NCBI GenBank assembly: GCA_951406725.2
Contig: OX597816.1
Span: 165,230,001-165,294,000 of the forward strand
DNA from: Octopus vulgaris
Taxonomy: Eukaryota
Direction: 5' to 3'
Length of the DNA: 64,000 nt
The position numbers were made by a program, and so were the translations under genes. This document shows, one piece after another, positions 1 to 15,415 of the stretch (within the stretch, counting starts at the first letter, position 1; each line of letters begins with the position of its first letter). The notes under the pieces were generated by a model. That model had not been told where the DNA came from, searched no databases, and was given only the letters and a program-made list of their open reading frames with translations.

Positions 1-1046
1 TGACTGAAACAAATAAAAGATAAGAGTTGTGAAGAAACAAAGCCAATAGGTGGGGAAGGAGGATCTGAAACTCCTTCCAAAAATGTTTTATTGTAATCAA
101 TTGTTATAATCACCACTATCGAAAGCGCAGAATTTTATTTTAAAATATCCATTTTTTCTATGAGGAAACAAAATTGGTGGAATACCAAGCTGTAGTTTTG
201 CCGACTCTATTAGTTTCAATCATTGAACTCGTTGTATATGTGTGTGCATATATATAATAGATTATCTTATGTTGTCCAGTTGGGGCAGTAATATGGAATT
301 ATAGATCTGAAGCAGAAAGGGCCTGATAAGGTCGGAAATGGTGACGAAAGGACTTTGCTAAGCCTGGCTGATTGATTGTCCGAACAGTTAATCAAACAAC
401 CGATTAGCCAATTGACAAATACAAATAAAGAAGTGAAACGGAACCAGTGTGCGTGTTTATTATTAGCATAATGACCGTCCCGAGATACAATAAAATATGC
501 TTCAAGTCATGAGTTCACATCAAGAATCTTTGATAAATAAAAAAAGAAACGAAATCTATCATCTTTTTCAAGACTGTTGGTTACCATTTTGGGATATTTG
601 GTTGCTACTTCTAGCAAACTGAGAGACCACGTAGAGGTTGTCTAGTAGGCTCGTTTGCAATGAGTTACTCTATATGGCTAAATGGTGAGACTTAAACTGG
701 ATTATCTCACAGGCGGCTGATTTAATAAGATTGAAATGACTTCCAGATGACTTATTGATTAATCAACGAAAACTTCTGCTTTAAAATATCGATTTTACAT
801 TAACAACGAATAAATCTCTCTTTATATAAAGTTATAGAAGCAATCAAATTTATAAAGATTCTTAATCATTGACTTGTGTTTCAATAATTGCCTGTTGTTT
901 AAAACGTCTGACCCAAAGAGACAACGGATAAATCCCGACGTAATTACTTAGATCCACTTAAGTATGGCTTTAAATATTCCTCGATAACCTACTTTAGCAT
1001 AATGGATTGTCTGAAACGGTTGAGCATAGAAGTAAATGCCCACTAA

Positions 1047-1436
1047 TCTATATACATAAAGCTGAAGTTGTCTGTGTGTGGCAGGTTTGGTAGCCTTCAA
1101 CTAACACTCTCTCTTCCGAGACTCTGCGGCGCAAGTTGACCAAAATTGAGAGTATGACAGCAGAAGATTTGCTCTTCATTCCGTAGAAGATAAAATTCAA
1201 ATCGGACCATGTTAAGACTAAAAATTATTTACATCAAAAAGGTGCTTTTTTTCTATGGAAATCCCTATTTTTTACGATTTTTTGACTGCTGTGTCGCCAT
1301 TTTTCGGTGTATTTAAACCAGAAAACTGTTCACTTAAAGAGAATAGCAAGCTACATAATGCAAAATTTCTACTTTTCAAAAATTCCAATTCTAAAGGGTC
1401 GAAACAAACCCGTGCAACGCCGGGCGATACTGCTAA
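1047..1436 (+). mobile_element. Non-autonomous Helitron
   Basis: A|TC start, subterminal hairpin CCCGTGCAACGCCGGG, CTAA|T end; termini shared with the copies at 6195, 6796 and 20849. Confidence 0.8.
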
Positions 1437-1719
1437 TATTTAATAACGTTAATGCAGAAAGCTGACAGAATCGTTACCGTGTCAGGCAAAATGTTCAGCG
1501 ACATTTCGTCTGCTTTTTACGTTCTGAGTTAAAATTCCACTGAGATGGACTTAGCCTTTCGTCCTGCCAGAGTCAATAAAATACGTACCAACTGAGCACC
1601 GGGGTCGATATAATCGACTTACCCCTCTCCGGAAATTCCTAGATCAAATCTCACCGAGGATAATCTGGTATTTTATTATTTCGAAGTTAATAAAAATCAA
1701 CTATCGGTTAAGTACTGGT

Positions 1720-2027
1720 ATGTTTGTTTGTTCCTTCTCGAGCCATGCCTGGCTCATAAGGGCCGGTTTCCCGGTTTCCTTGGCGTATAGGTTCCACACC
1801 TGGACGGGACGTCGGTCCGTCGCACGTGAGCTGCAAGATACAGGAGGAAAGAGTGAGAGAAAGTTGTGGCGAAAGAATCAGCAGAAGTGTGCCATTACCT
1901 TCTGCCGGAGCCGCGTGGATCTTAGGTGTTTCGCTCATAAACACACACATTGCCCGGTCTGAGATTCGAACTCGCGATCCCTCGACCGTGAGTCCGCTGC
2001 TCTAACCACTAGGCCATGTGCCTCTAC
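1720..2027 (-). mobile_element. tRNA-derived SINE
   Basis: Minus strand has A box TGGCCTAGTGG, B box GTTCGAATC and a (CAAA)n tail; related pieces near 12570-12810, 24290-24490, 35205-35470, 39430-39670 and 41060-41320. Confidence 0.8.
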
Positions 2028-2029
2028 AA

Positions 2030-2480
2030 AGTACTGGTATGAAACCAACTGTAACCCAAGTATAAAATGCTGAGACTTTGTGCCAAACAAAGTACATGAC
2101 AACGACCAGGCCACAATCATCTGGGATATGCCTATTCAAACTAACAAAGAAATAAAAGCTAATCTCCGCAGACATAATACTCAAGGATTTTTAAAAAATC
2201 ACTTGTTTATTAATAAACGTTGCAGTCCCTTCTGATCAAAATATTGCCTAAAAGGAAGTGGAGAAATTGTCAAAGTACAAAGATCTCGAAATGGAGGTAT
2301 TCAAGATGTGGAGCATGAAGGTGAAAAACAATACCAATAATAATTGGAGCTATGGGTATGATAAAATCATATGGATAAAAACGTAGAAGCTATACATGGA
2401 GACTTAACACGACACATATAAAAAAAAAATAGCTCTGCTAGGAAAAGCTCACATCCTACGCAAGACACTATCAATTCAAA
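2030..2480 (+). mobile_element. Decayed 3' end of an R4/Dong-clade non-LTR retrotransposon (restriction-like endonuclease)
   Basis: Frameshifted translation IIWDMPIQT..PDIILKD..VAVPSDQNI..KEVEKLSKYKDL..IPIIIGAMG..LLGKAHILRKTL. Confidence 0.8.
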
Positions 2481-2779
2481 CAAACAAAATCAACCTAAAC
2501 AAAAAAATACACGAATACAAGACTCACTCTAAACAGTAAATAACCAATAACAAACAACCATTAACAGGCCGGATACTCAACAGAAAAAAAACCCAACTCG
2601 CATTACACACGCACAACACACAATACAAACACCACTACGACAAAAGACTGCAACTAGAGGCCCCATACAAACACAAACTGACGCAATACAACACAAAAAT
2701 GAACATACAATGCTGCACACACACCAGCAACACGGTGGTGTAGCTGGTGATGCAGTAGAAATTTGCCCGAAACTATCCC

Positions 2780-4092
2780 GGTTATAAATATCTGGAAATA
2801 CTTGAGACAGATGGATTTAAACAAAGTGACATTAAAGAAGAGATAAAGAAAAAGTACCAGCGGCGAGTGAGAAAAATATTCGTTTCAAAGCTGAAAAATA
2901 ATTTGGGCAATAAACTCGCGCGCGGTCGCAGTAGTTCGGTACGGCGCTGGAATCCTGAAATGTGGAGAGAGGAGGAGCTAAAAGAGTTGGACAGGAAGAT
3001 AAGAAAGCTCTTAACGAGGCATGGAGCCCATCATTCACGTGTAGACACTGATCGCCTATGCATGAAGACAGCAAGTGCAGGAAGGGGGCTGATAAGTGTG
3101 GAAGACTGCATTCGTCTCGAAGTAAGGAAACCTTGCTAGTGTCAGCTGGGAAAAAGGGAGTATTGAAAGCAGAGAAAAGAGGAAAAAATAAGGAAGAAGT
3201 ACAAAAAAGACACGAAGAAGAATTACGCAAGAAAGAACTATACAATCAATTCTATATAGCCACACCTGAAATTGCTGGAAAACACAGGTGGGATTGGCTG
3301 AAGAAAGGAACACTGAAAAAAGAGACCGAGAGCACTATACTGGCAGCGCAAGACCAAGCTTTGGCCACGAATTGGAGGGTCAACCTTAGGAATGAGCAAG
3401 TGCCTTCGCTGTGCTGCATCTGTAATAGAGTGGATGAAACTATTGCCCATATCACGAAAGAATGCCCTACACTTGCCAACAACCACTACAAGTTGTGACT
3501 ACATGATCAGGTAGTGAAAGTGCTACACTGGAAACTTTGCGAAAAGTGGGGGCTAGAGAGAGGCAAGACAGGATGTGAGCATCAACGCAGAGAGTGGCGG
3601 TGTCGGAGACTGACAAAATCCTCTGAGATTTCCCAATCCAAACATATCAGGTGCTAGAGCATAACAGACCGGACCTAGTGGTGGTCGACAACATGTTCCA
3701 CATGCAACATCAAATATAGTTGATGTTGCATGCCCCTTTGACCCACGAATAGTCAAGAAGGAAGGCGGAAAAATACATGTTTACAATCTTCTTAAGTGCG
3801 AAATAGCCAATCTATGGAAAATGAAGAAGGTGAAGAAAGTGCCAATTATTGTTGGTTCCTCGGGACAATATCAGAAGGCACCAAGAGGAATATAAAGGAA
3901 ATCAGAATAGAGTGCCCAGTAGAACAGCTACAAAAGGTTTGCCTCCTTGGCACGGCCAGAATAATCGGGAAAGTATTAGATAGTTAAAAAGAACAGATAA
4001 CATGGTGCTGTAGGCTGCAGGCAGTAAACCTGCTATGCATGCAAGCCTCCATGTGTTACAACAAAACCTGAGATAAAAAGGATAAATAATAA
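2780..4092 (+). mobile_element. 5'-truncated, decayed R4/Dong-clade non-LTR retrotransposon (RT thumb, CCHC knuckle, RLE)
   Basis: ELDRKIRKLLT..HGAHH..D.DRL..GRGL; AAQDQAL; CxxC..ETIAHI..EC; HNRPDLVVVD; DVACPFD; LQKVCLLGTARII; ends in a TAA-rich tail; stops and frameshifts present. Confidence 0.9.
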
Positions 4093-4094
4093 TT

Positions 4095-4412
4095 TATTCT
4101 TTTATTGGCCACAAGGGCTCACACACAAAACATTAAAAGACATGCAACGACATAAAAGACAAAAACAGGACGATACAGTGGGTTTTCGCGTGTATACAAT
4201 GTAATAACAATAAGTGGAACAAATTAAAATCCCAATAGAAGAGGCGCTTTAAGGTCCTCATGGAAAACCCCACAAAAGCCACGATATCTGAACAATAGGA
4301 CAAGAGCCCTTCTTTTTTCACAGATACACGCTCAGAAATGGTCCTTTTACACTGGCCATTCTTCCAACATTCACCCACCTTTCAACAAACTTGCTACAAG
4401 GCAACACTTCCC
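4095..4412 (-). mobile_element. 3' fragment of an L1/Tx1-like LINE
   Basis: Minus-strand REVLPCSKFVERWVNVGRM..* followed by a 3' UTR ending AATAAAAGAATAA. Confidence 0.5.
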
Positions 4413-4414
4413 TA

Positions 4415-4684
<270 letters not shown>

Positions 4685-5553
4685 CTAATTTTGGTACAAG
4701 GCCAGCAATTTTGAGGGGAAGGCATTAGTCAATATGATTGATTTCGAGGACTTGACTGATCCTTTATTTTATCAACCACGAAAGGATGATTCGGTAATCT
4801 TGTTCTGAGAAAACCTACTCCGTTGTTGATGATGCTGAGACACGTAACCCTCTGCTCTCTTGCATTTTAAATGAAGAGCTCAAGCAAAGATGCACTTATT
4901 CTAGTTACGCATGTATGCCAAGTAATTTTTCCTTTTTTTTTTTTCAGGCAAATGATTCACGCTCAGCATTTCTGTTAAATTAACGGCATTAGCGAAACGA
5001 AAATTTATATCTTTTTCATATTGTATTTTATTTGTGTATGTGTGTGTGTGTGTGTGCGTGCGTGCGTGTATGTGTGATTATTTTTGTTGTTATGATTGTT
5101 AAGCGTATGAAATTGTTCCAATTACTGTCACTATTATCAGTCAAAAAGTCATTAAGTTTTCCATGCTGATTTTGTACGCTATGCTGTTTAATTCTTTCCT
5201 ATTTTTTCTTTCTCATTTCCTGTTTTGTTGTGTTTGCTTTTCATATCCCCCCACACTATCCCGTAGGCAAAGGATCTTCTTTCTGGCTGAAAGCCATCCG
5301 AAGTTAAACGGAAATAAAGTAAAATTGTCTTCAAAAATAAACCCAACAGACTTTAGAGGAGTAGGCATGGCAGCTTGCTTCGCAACTACATGGTTCCGGG
5401 TTTAGTCCCACTGCGTGGCACCTTGAGCTGGTGTCTCTCACTATAGACTCGGACAACCAAAGCCGTGTCAGTGAAATTGGCAGACAGAAACCGAAAAAAG
5501 CCAGTCGTATAAATATATATGTATGTGTCTGTATGTGTGTATGTATATATTTG

Positions 5554-5690
<137 letters not shown>

Positions 5691-5796
5691 GAATGCTAAA
5701 TTGAAAGAAAATTTTAATGCATTCTGCATTTTTATAATTTTTCCTTGCTTATCATTTCCCCACGTGCGGTCACAACACAACCCCACCATTTATTGA

Positions 5797-5837
<41 letters not shown>

Positions 5838-5838
5838 A

Positions 5839-5878
<40 letters not shown>

Positions 5879-6194
5879 TATATGTTCGCAGTTTAAGTTA
5901 GTTGAAATATGTTTGTCGCATATTTCAACTGCTAAAGGCAAATACACTGCAGTTACTATGGAGAAAAATCTCTCTCTTGTGGTAAATAACGAAGTAATGG
6001 CTCAAAGCAGTGTTTACGTATAATCACATATAATCTCCATGGTAATTTTTATGTATTTGTCTTTAGCTGTTGAAATATGTGATAAACGTATTTCAACTAA
6101 ACTAAATTGTGATAATATGTAAACACTGCTTTGCACCATTATTTCGCTACTTTTCTCGATAAGGCGATCTACACTCGCAAATCAGTTGACTGAA

Positions 6195-6589
6195 TCTTTT
6201 ATATATAAAAGTGAAGTTGTGTGTCTGTCTCCTACGATTTAGATTCCTAACTACTCCCACATTTTGCGGTGCAGTGTAACCAAAACCGGGTATCTTATAG
6301 TCGTGATTCATATCGAGCCCTTCTGGGTATTAGCGCGCGTCTACGATGAGTCTACGATTAAAAAAAAAAATTTACCATAATTTTTTCCCATTTTAATGCA
6401 TTTTTTTGCTATTATATAAGGGAAGTAACTCTCTAAAAATGTATTATTAAATCTCAGAACGTAAAAAGCTACACTAACACCCCCTTTGTGGTTAGCCATA
6501 TTGAGATGGCTATTATACTTTACATCTCTAAAAATGCTTATATAGTTATTTCCCTTACAAACCCGAGCAACGCCGGGCGATACTGCTAG
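6195..6589 (+). mobile_element. Non-autonomous Helitron
   Basis: A|TC...CCCGAGCAACGCCGGG hairpin...CTAG|T, no TSD; near-identical to 20849-21245. Confidence 0.88.
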
Positions 6590-6795
6590 TTAAATATAAA
6601 GCCACAAGCTTTATTTAGTTCGTTCAGAGTTGTCTCTCTTAGGTACATCGCATTGGCAAGAGTCAATAAACTCGAAACATCAATGTCTGAGATTATCGAG
6701 AGATGTCGACACTGAAGGTTGTTATTCTTAGATAATAACTTTTGCTCAATCTTTAAACTTAAAAAAGGTTTTTTTTTTATCTTCAGGTTAGTTTA

Positions 6796-7194
6796 TCTTT
6801 ATATATAAAAGACAAGTTGTGTGTCTGTCTCCTACGATTTAGATTCCTAACTACTCCCACATTTTGCGGTGCAGTGTAACCAAAACCGGGTATCTTATAG
6901 TCGTGATTCATATCGAGCCCTTCTGGGTATTAGCGCGCGTCTACGATGAGTCTACGATTTTAAAATTAATTTACCATCATTTTTTCCCTTTTAATGCATT
7001 TTATTTCGCTATTATATAAGGGAAGTAACTCTCTAAAAATGTCTACGATGAGTCAACGATTAAAAAAAAATTTACCATCATTTTTTTTTCCATTTTTAAT
7101 GCATATTTTTGATATTTTTTGGCTATAACTCTCTAAAAATGCTTATATAGTTATTTCCCTTACAAACCCGAGCAACGCCGGGCGATACTGCTTA
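6796..7194 (+). mobile_element. Non-autonomous Helitron (variant with internal duplication)
   Basis: Same 5' part and 3' hairpin as the 6195 copy; gtctacgatgagtc..tttaccatca block duplicated; end mutated to CTTA. Confidence 0.85.
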
Positions 7195-8167
7195 TTGAAA
7201 ATAATTCAAAATTTCATGGAAGAAGCAGAACCACGTCCGAAGATATTAAAGCACAACCGCCACCAACACCATCACCACATTCAGCCACCAAACTGATTTT
7301 TGCCAGCTGAGTAGATAAGAGCAACGTGAAATGGAGAGTCTTGTTCAAGGACAGAATGCACCGTCGGGAATCGAACTCCTTACACTTCCACCCTGAACAT
7401 AAAGAACCAGAACATATACATTGTAGTAATTGCTGTAGCGATCTCGCCAACCCACAACCCTGGATTGGCAGCCCTAGCATAGATACTGATGTTAAAGAGT
7501 TGACCGGAAGTACAGCCATTATGGCTACCTGTCGTGTTTTCCTAATAAAGGTTTCTAATTTAGGAACAAGGCCATCGATCTTGAGTGGTCGGAAGAGTCT
7601 GTATCATCATCTTTTGTACTTGACTGCTGCTTTATTTCATCGACACCGGAGGAACGGAAAGCAAAGCTGGTTGACCTCGACGCGATTTGAACTCAGAGCA
7701 CGACGAGTTGGAACAGATACGGCAAAACATTTTTGTTCGACGCTCTAACGATTTCACTATCCTACAGCCCTAGGCTAGCAGCGTTATCATAAAGAAATTT
7801 TAAAAGGGTTAAAGGGAAATACAGCTCTAAGGATAGCTACTTGTCATTTTCGTGACAATAGGGAACAGAAATGACAACCAGGTCTTGTATGTCTGTGCGT
7901 CGGATAGAATTTCTTTTCTTGTCAAACTAAGTTTAGAAAGTTTTGCCCTGCTCCTTCGCTCTGTTTTGACCTTCCACACAAAAGTATCGGCCAACTCATC
8001 AATCATAACAAATGAGAAAAATATATTCAGACAATAAATGTAAAAACAATTTTGCAGGTATTTCCTCTCCAGAGACCATAGCGGTCTAACAACTGACAGA
8101 TTGACACATCAATCGTGTTGGGTCTCATAAGTCTGATATAATGTTTATGTCTCATAAACTGATATAA

Positions 8168-9120
<953 letters not shown>

Positions 9121-9589
9121 TATTCGTGTATGAGTATGTATGTGTTATTCTTCTTAAGATTAGTACAGATTAGTCTATCAGTTTGTTGAAAACCTCGTTT
9201 TTTTTTTATTAACTTTTACTGAAGCACTTAGCAACATAACAAAGTGCACCAAGAATTGTAGATACAAATGTAAACTTATAATCAAGTTAGAGAAGTTGTA
9301 CGTTTCGAAGGAACTGACTATAAATGCGCTCTTATTAAACTTGAGTGAAATGTCCACCCTCAATGCACAAGTAGCCACAAATAATACAGTACATAGTTTT
9401 CGTTTTTTTATCCTCTAAACATACAGCAGGGAATTTGTGTTCATTTACTGAAGGTTTTACTTGGAATGTTCCGCAAATATTCCTTATTTTGAAATATATG
9501 AATACACACAACATCAAAAATACTTTTTAGTTATATTCCATGCAGTCTTTCTCATGGATTATAATGTGTATTGTTTTACATGTGCTACA

Positions 9590-10072
9590 AGCACAAAACC
9601 TGAAATTTTCTGGGGTGGGGCTAGTCGATTACAACCCCAGTGCTCAACTGGTACTTATTTTATCGATCATAAAAAGATGAAAGGGAAAGTCGAACTCTTT
9701 GACACTCTGAATTCAAATACCTATTTCTTTACTACCCACAAGGGGCTAAACACAGAGAGGACGAACAAGGACAGACAAACGGATTAAGTCGATTACAGTC
9801 GACCCCAGTGCATAACTGGTACTTATTTAATCGACCCCGAAAGGATGAAAGGCAAAGTCGACCTCGGCGGAATTTGAACTCAGAACGTAACGGCAGACGA
9901 AATACGGCTGCGCATTTCGCCTTGCGTGCTAACGTTTCTGCCAGCTCGCCGCCTTATTCAAATACCGCCTTTGTTTTTCATCTTTTCAGGCTCGATAAAA
10001 TAAATACCAGTTGAGTACTGGGGTCGATGTTATCGAGTACTCGCTCTCCCAAAATCTCAGACCTCACGCAGA
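9590..10072. mobile_element. Cluster of tRNA-derived SINEs (octopus OK-like family), two minus and one plus
   Basis: Family motif GCCTTTCATCCTTTCGGGGTCGAT..AAGTACCAGTT in both orientations. Confidence 0.85.
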
Positions 10073-10642
10073 AAGATAAAAATATATATTGTTTTAGCAA
10101 CGGCGTCATCTTATATGGAAAGATATCTTGATGACATTTTAAGCAGATGCTAATCTCATTTGTAACATCTTCAAATTTGTCACATAATTGACATTTTCGG
10201 TCGCATCTTGGAGGTCTTAAGGGCATCGTTGTCTCCTTTGTTCAAAGGCTATTTAGTAATCACTCTGTCTGTCTCTTGAATTACAGAAGTATAACCTTTA
10301 ATATGTGACTCGATGTAGTGGTCACCTGCCCAAGAAAGACGGCATTTCTTGTCGATGTTGGTATGATTCTTTCGTTTTCAAGGAAACGTATCAACGCATA
10401 ACATTTCAGAGACAAAGAAATCGCCCCCCGGTACTTATTTTGTAAATATGGTACATCTTCTTTTGATCTCTTTAGTCGAACCGCTAAGTTATGGGAACAC
10501 AAAGCAACACTGATTTTCAAGTGATGGTGGGCGTGAAATACACAGACAAAAGACTCAACCATATAGGTACACACACATAAATAGACATGTATATATACAT
10601 ATATGTCTATGTATATGCGTGCGCGTGTGTGTGTGTGTGTGT

Positions 10643-10680
<38 letters not shown>

Positions 10681-11993
10681 ATGTGTATGTGTGTGTGTAC
10701 ACACGATAGGCTTCCTTACAGGTTTCGTCAATCAAATTCAATCACAAGTTGTTATTTGGTTCAGAGTTATAGTAGAAGACACTTGCCCTGTGTGCCACAC
10801 GGTGGCACTGAAGCCAACCAAAACTGCATGGCTGCAAAGCGAACTACTTAACCACGTGGTCACGCCTGCGCCTATACAGAATTTTTCTCCGCCATGTAAT
10901 AATTGAGATACGAACAACCAGCAGTTTAGGATCACACGGAATGTAACCAGGAGCCGATTGCTTCGCTCATATGATGTTGCTCTCCACACTTCTTATCATG
11001 TGATCGATATACAATTGAGAATACCATATTCGAAATTCTTGGAATAGCAAGTATTGCAGATTTTGGAGTTTATCTATATTTGCAGCTATAAAACCAGATG
11101 GAATCCAAGTCTAAACAGAATATCCATTTATATTTCCTAATATAGCTTATTCATAAACCCTGAATGTAGTTTTGTATAATTTTTTGGTAATGTCTTCTAC
11201 ATAATACCATCAGTAAAGAAGATGTCAGTCTCCACCTACGATCTAATATTTTGATTAAAAGGTTAAAGTATGCCATTTTGGTTTTTATGTTTTACTATAG
11301 AGGTATTAGGTTTTATGTAAAAAAAAATGTATTGAACATGTTAACTGGTGAATAAAATGGAAGGTGAAAAGAAGTCAGTATCTTATTTTCAAAGCAGTGA
11401 GCAAGTAATGACATTCTTTTTGTTACACTTCTACGTGGAGCTGACATTGAGAGCTCAAGTAAAACAAATTTATCAGATATAGTGAGAGAGAGAGAGAGCG
11501 AGAAAGAGAACGGGAGAAGGGAAGAAAGAGGGGGAAAAGAGGGAGAGAATGAGAGAGAGAGAATAACTAGTTTTTGTAGAAATTTGTGATCGTCTGCTTT
11601 TATGATATACGTAAATCAAAACAAAACAAAACATCGTTATCACTGCTTCCAAGCTTGAAAATAAATGCCAGCCTCCATTGATGCGACAACGTCAGATCCC
11701 AGCACTTTATAGAATTTTCCATTTGTGGCATGTCATGTTAGCATTCAAAAAAGCTTTTGGATTTGGGAGGTTTTCACATTTTGGAATTTCGGATAAAGGA
11801 TTTTCAACTGTGTCAGTTCATTACTTTCCGAATTGATCTTAAGATTCTTCCATATCTTTTCTCCCGAGACACTTTGGGGATAACATTATTTTTGACTTTG
11901 GTATAAAGACGCAATTTTGTGGTTAGGGGTAGCAATCGTCCCCCCACACACACACACGCACACATACACATAGACACCTACCCAACCTATATT

Positions 11994-12423
11994 TGGGATC
12001 TTTTCGGTTTGAACGGCAGTTTTTTTCTAGCGGTGTCATATGAAATTGTCACCCATAATTATGACCCTAGTATCGATCTATTGCATTTCAATCTGTTTTA
12101 GGGTTAGGGTTAGGGTTAGGGGTGGGAAGAAGGGTATCTTTTTTTCTTCACAAATGTAAATAAACCCAATCTGTTTCTTAAACGAGGGGACATATTCATA
12201 CGGCACAGAATGTTTTTTTTACCTCAATAGACGTCATTGATTGGTTGAAATTACAGAAATTGAAGAAAAAACAACAAATATCTTACAAACTATAGAATTT
12301 TCTCAATAAAGCCAAGAGAAAAAGATGTTTTATAAACACATTCTACCAGTAAACGAAGTTTAAATGTGTTTAGTTACGTGGAAATTATTTTTAAAAACTG
12401 CCAGTCAAACCGAAAAGATCCCA
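11994..12423. mobile_element. MITE with ~31-bp TIRs, 4-bp TSD (TATT) and internal (TTAGGG)4
   Basis: TGGGATCTTTTCGGTTTGAACGGCAGTTTTT / AAAAACTGCCAGTCAAACCGAAAAGATCCCA; TATT at 11990-11993 and 12424-12427. Confidence 0.9.
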
Positions 12424-12810
12424 TATTTGACCTAACCAACCTAACCAACCTATATTTGACCAGCACTAAATTTATAAAATCCGAAGTATTATGAAATACA
12501 TCCTTAGGATCTGGGATTCAAAACATAAAGGTATAGACAAAAAATTACAAAGCTTATTGTATGAAAGCGAGTGGTCTAGCGGTTCGGGTGTTGCGCTCAT
12601 GACCGCAAGATCATGGTTTCCATTCCCAGACAGGCGGTGCATATTATGTCTTTGAACAAAACTTCAATTTACGTTGCTCTGATCCACTCAACTGTGAGTT
12701 ACCCTGCAACAGACTAGCGTCCTGTCCAGGAGCGATGTTGTCATCTCGGTCACCTACATGCAGTGGAAACCAGTTAACCAGCCGTATATGTCCAAGTGCA
12801 CGAGACGGTA

Positions 12811-13002
12811 TTCTTTTACTCTTTTACTTGTTTCAGTCATGTGACTGGCCATGCTGGAGCACCACCTTTAGTCGATGAAATCGACCCCAGGACTTTGTAA
12901 GCCTAGTACTATTCTTTCGGTATCTTTTGCCGAACCGCTAAGTTACGGAGGCGTAAACACACCAGCATAAGTTGTCAAGCGATGTTGGGGAGACAAACAT
13001 AT

Positions 13003-13075
<73 letters not shown>

Positions 13076-13237
13076 GATACGACGGGCTTCTTTCAGTTTC
13101 CGTCTATCAAATCCACTCACAAGGCTTTGGTCGGCCTGAGGCTATAGTAGAAGACACTTGCCCAAGGTGCCACGCAGTGGGACTGAACCCGGAACCATGT
13201 GGTTGGTAAACAAGCTACTTACCACACAGCCACTCCT
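12811..13237 (-). mobile_element. tRNA-derived CORE-type SINE (octopus OR-like), near full length
   Basis: Reverse complement of the 60486 copy; CORE-like CACCTTGGGCAAGTG; internal (TA)n; GTAAAAGA tail. Confidence 0.9.
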
Positions 13238-13384
13238 CACAACTTATTGTGACATCAATTCTTTTCTTTATTTAAAAGTTCTTACAATAAAGTTTAGCTT
13301 CACTTAAAAAACATAAGTTAAATAATGACCAGTTAGATATAACTTGTAGTAGGGTCACTTACAAACAAATGAGGCTCTTTGGAG

Positions 13385-13845
13385 CAATGAAAAGGGAGGG
13401 AGAGAGAGAGAGAGAGAGAGAGAAAGGGAGAAAAAAGTGGGAGAGTGAGGGAGAGAGAGTGTGAGAGAGAGAAGCAGTCAGGCAGAAAGGTGAGGCTCTT
13501 TACAGCAAGGAAAGAAAAGTGACGCACCTTATAACCAAGAAAGAGTGAGAAAGATGAAAAGAGAGATAGTATGCATGAGAGAGAGATAGAAAAAGAGAGA
13601 GAGAAAGAGATGAGATTCCTTACAGCAAAGGCAAAAAGTGTGAGAGAGAAAAAAGCAGGAGAGAGAAAGAGGGGGAGAGAGAAATAGAGAGAGAGAGGGT
13701 GAAAGAGAGAGAGAAACAAAGCGACAGGGAGACGGAGACTGAGAGAAAGGTAAGGCTCTCTTTACAACAAAGAAAGAGAAAGAGATGTGGAGAGAGAGAG
13801 AGCAAAATAGAGAGAGAGGGAGAGAGGGAGAGAATGAGAGAGGAA

Positions 13846-13883
<38 letters not shown>

Positions 13884-13916
13884 AATAGTAGTGATGTTCC
13901 TTAGAGCAATGAGAGG

Positions 13917-13957
<41 letters not shown>

Positions 13958-14172
13958 TTAGAGAGAAAGGCAAGCAAGCAGACAGAGAGACAGACAGAAA
14001 GGTGAGGCTTTTTACAACAAAAGGAGAGAGAGAAAGAGAGAAAAACGAAAAGAGAGATAGTAAGAGAGAGAGAGAGAAAGAGCGAGAAAGGGAAAGGGAG
14101 AGAGGAAGAAAGAAGGAGAGAAAGAAAGAGGGAGAGAGAGAGAGAGAGAGAGAAAGAAGGAAAGAGAAAGAA
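13385..14172. repeat. Purine-rich (AG)n/(GAAA)n low-complexity tract with recurring GTGAGGCTCTTTACA motif
   Basis: Seen directly; explains the ERER/SLSL ORFs. Confidence 0.9.
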
Positions 14173-14474
14173 TACCTGATGTCTGCAGAAATTTGTGATC
14201 GTCTGCTTTAATGATATACGTAAAATGAAGAAAAATTCGTAGATCTGATAAAATATTTCATGTATTTTTAGGCACCTTTACATGGTGGCAGAAACTATGG
14301 AGTATCGACTTTTCTCATTGTTTGCAGATTTATTTCATTTAACTGGCGCCATTAGAAAGAAATAAAGTAGATTCCAATGAAACGAGGTCAAAGCAAATGA
14401 AATAGGGTTTGGGTATGAAATGATTGCATCTCCATTGTGGATATATGTAGTCTTTGAGAACGAGTTACCTTCAA

Positions 14475-15415
<941 letters not shown>

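Noticed and set aside
12098-12121. Telomere or chromosome-fusion scar
   Set aside because: Only four units, located inside a TIR element.
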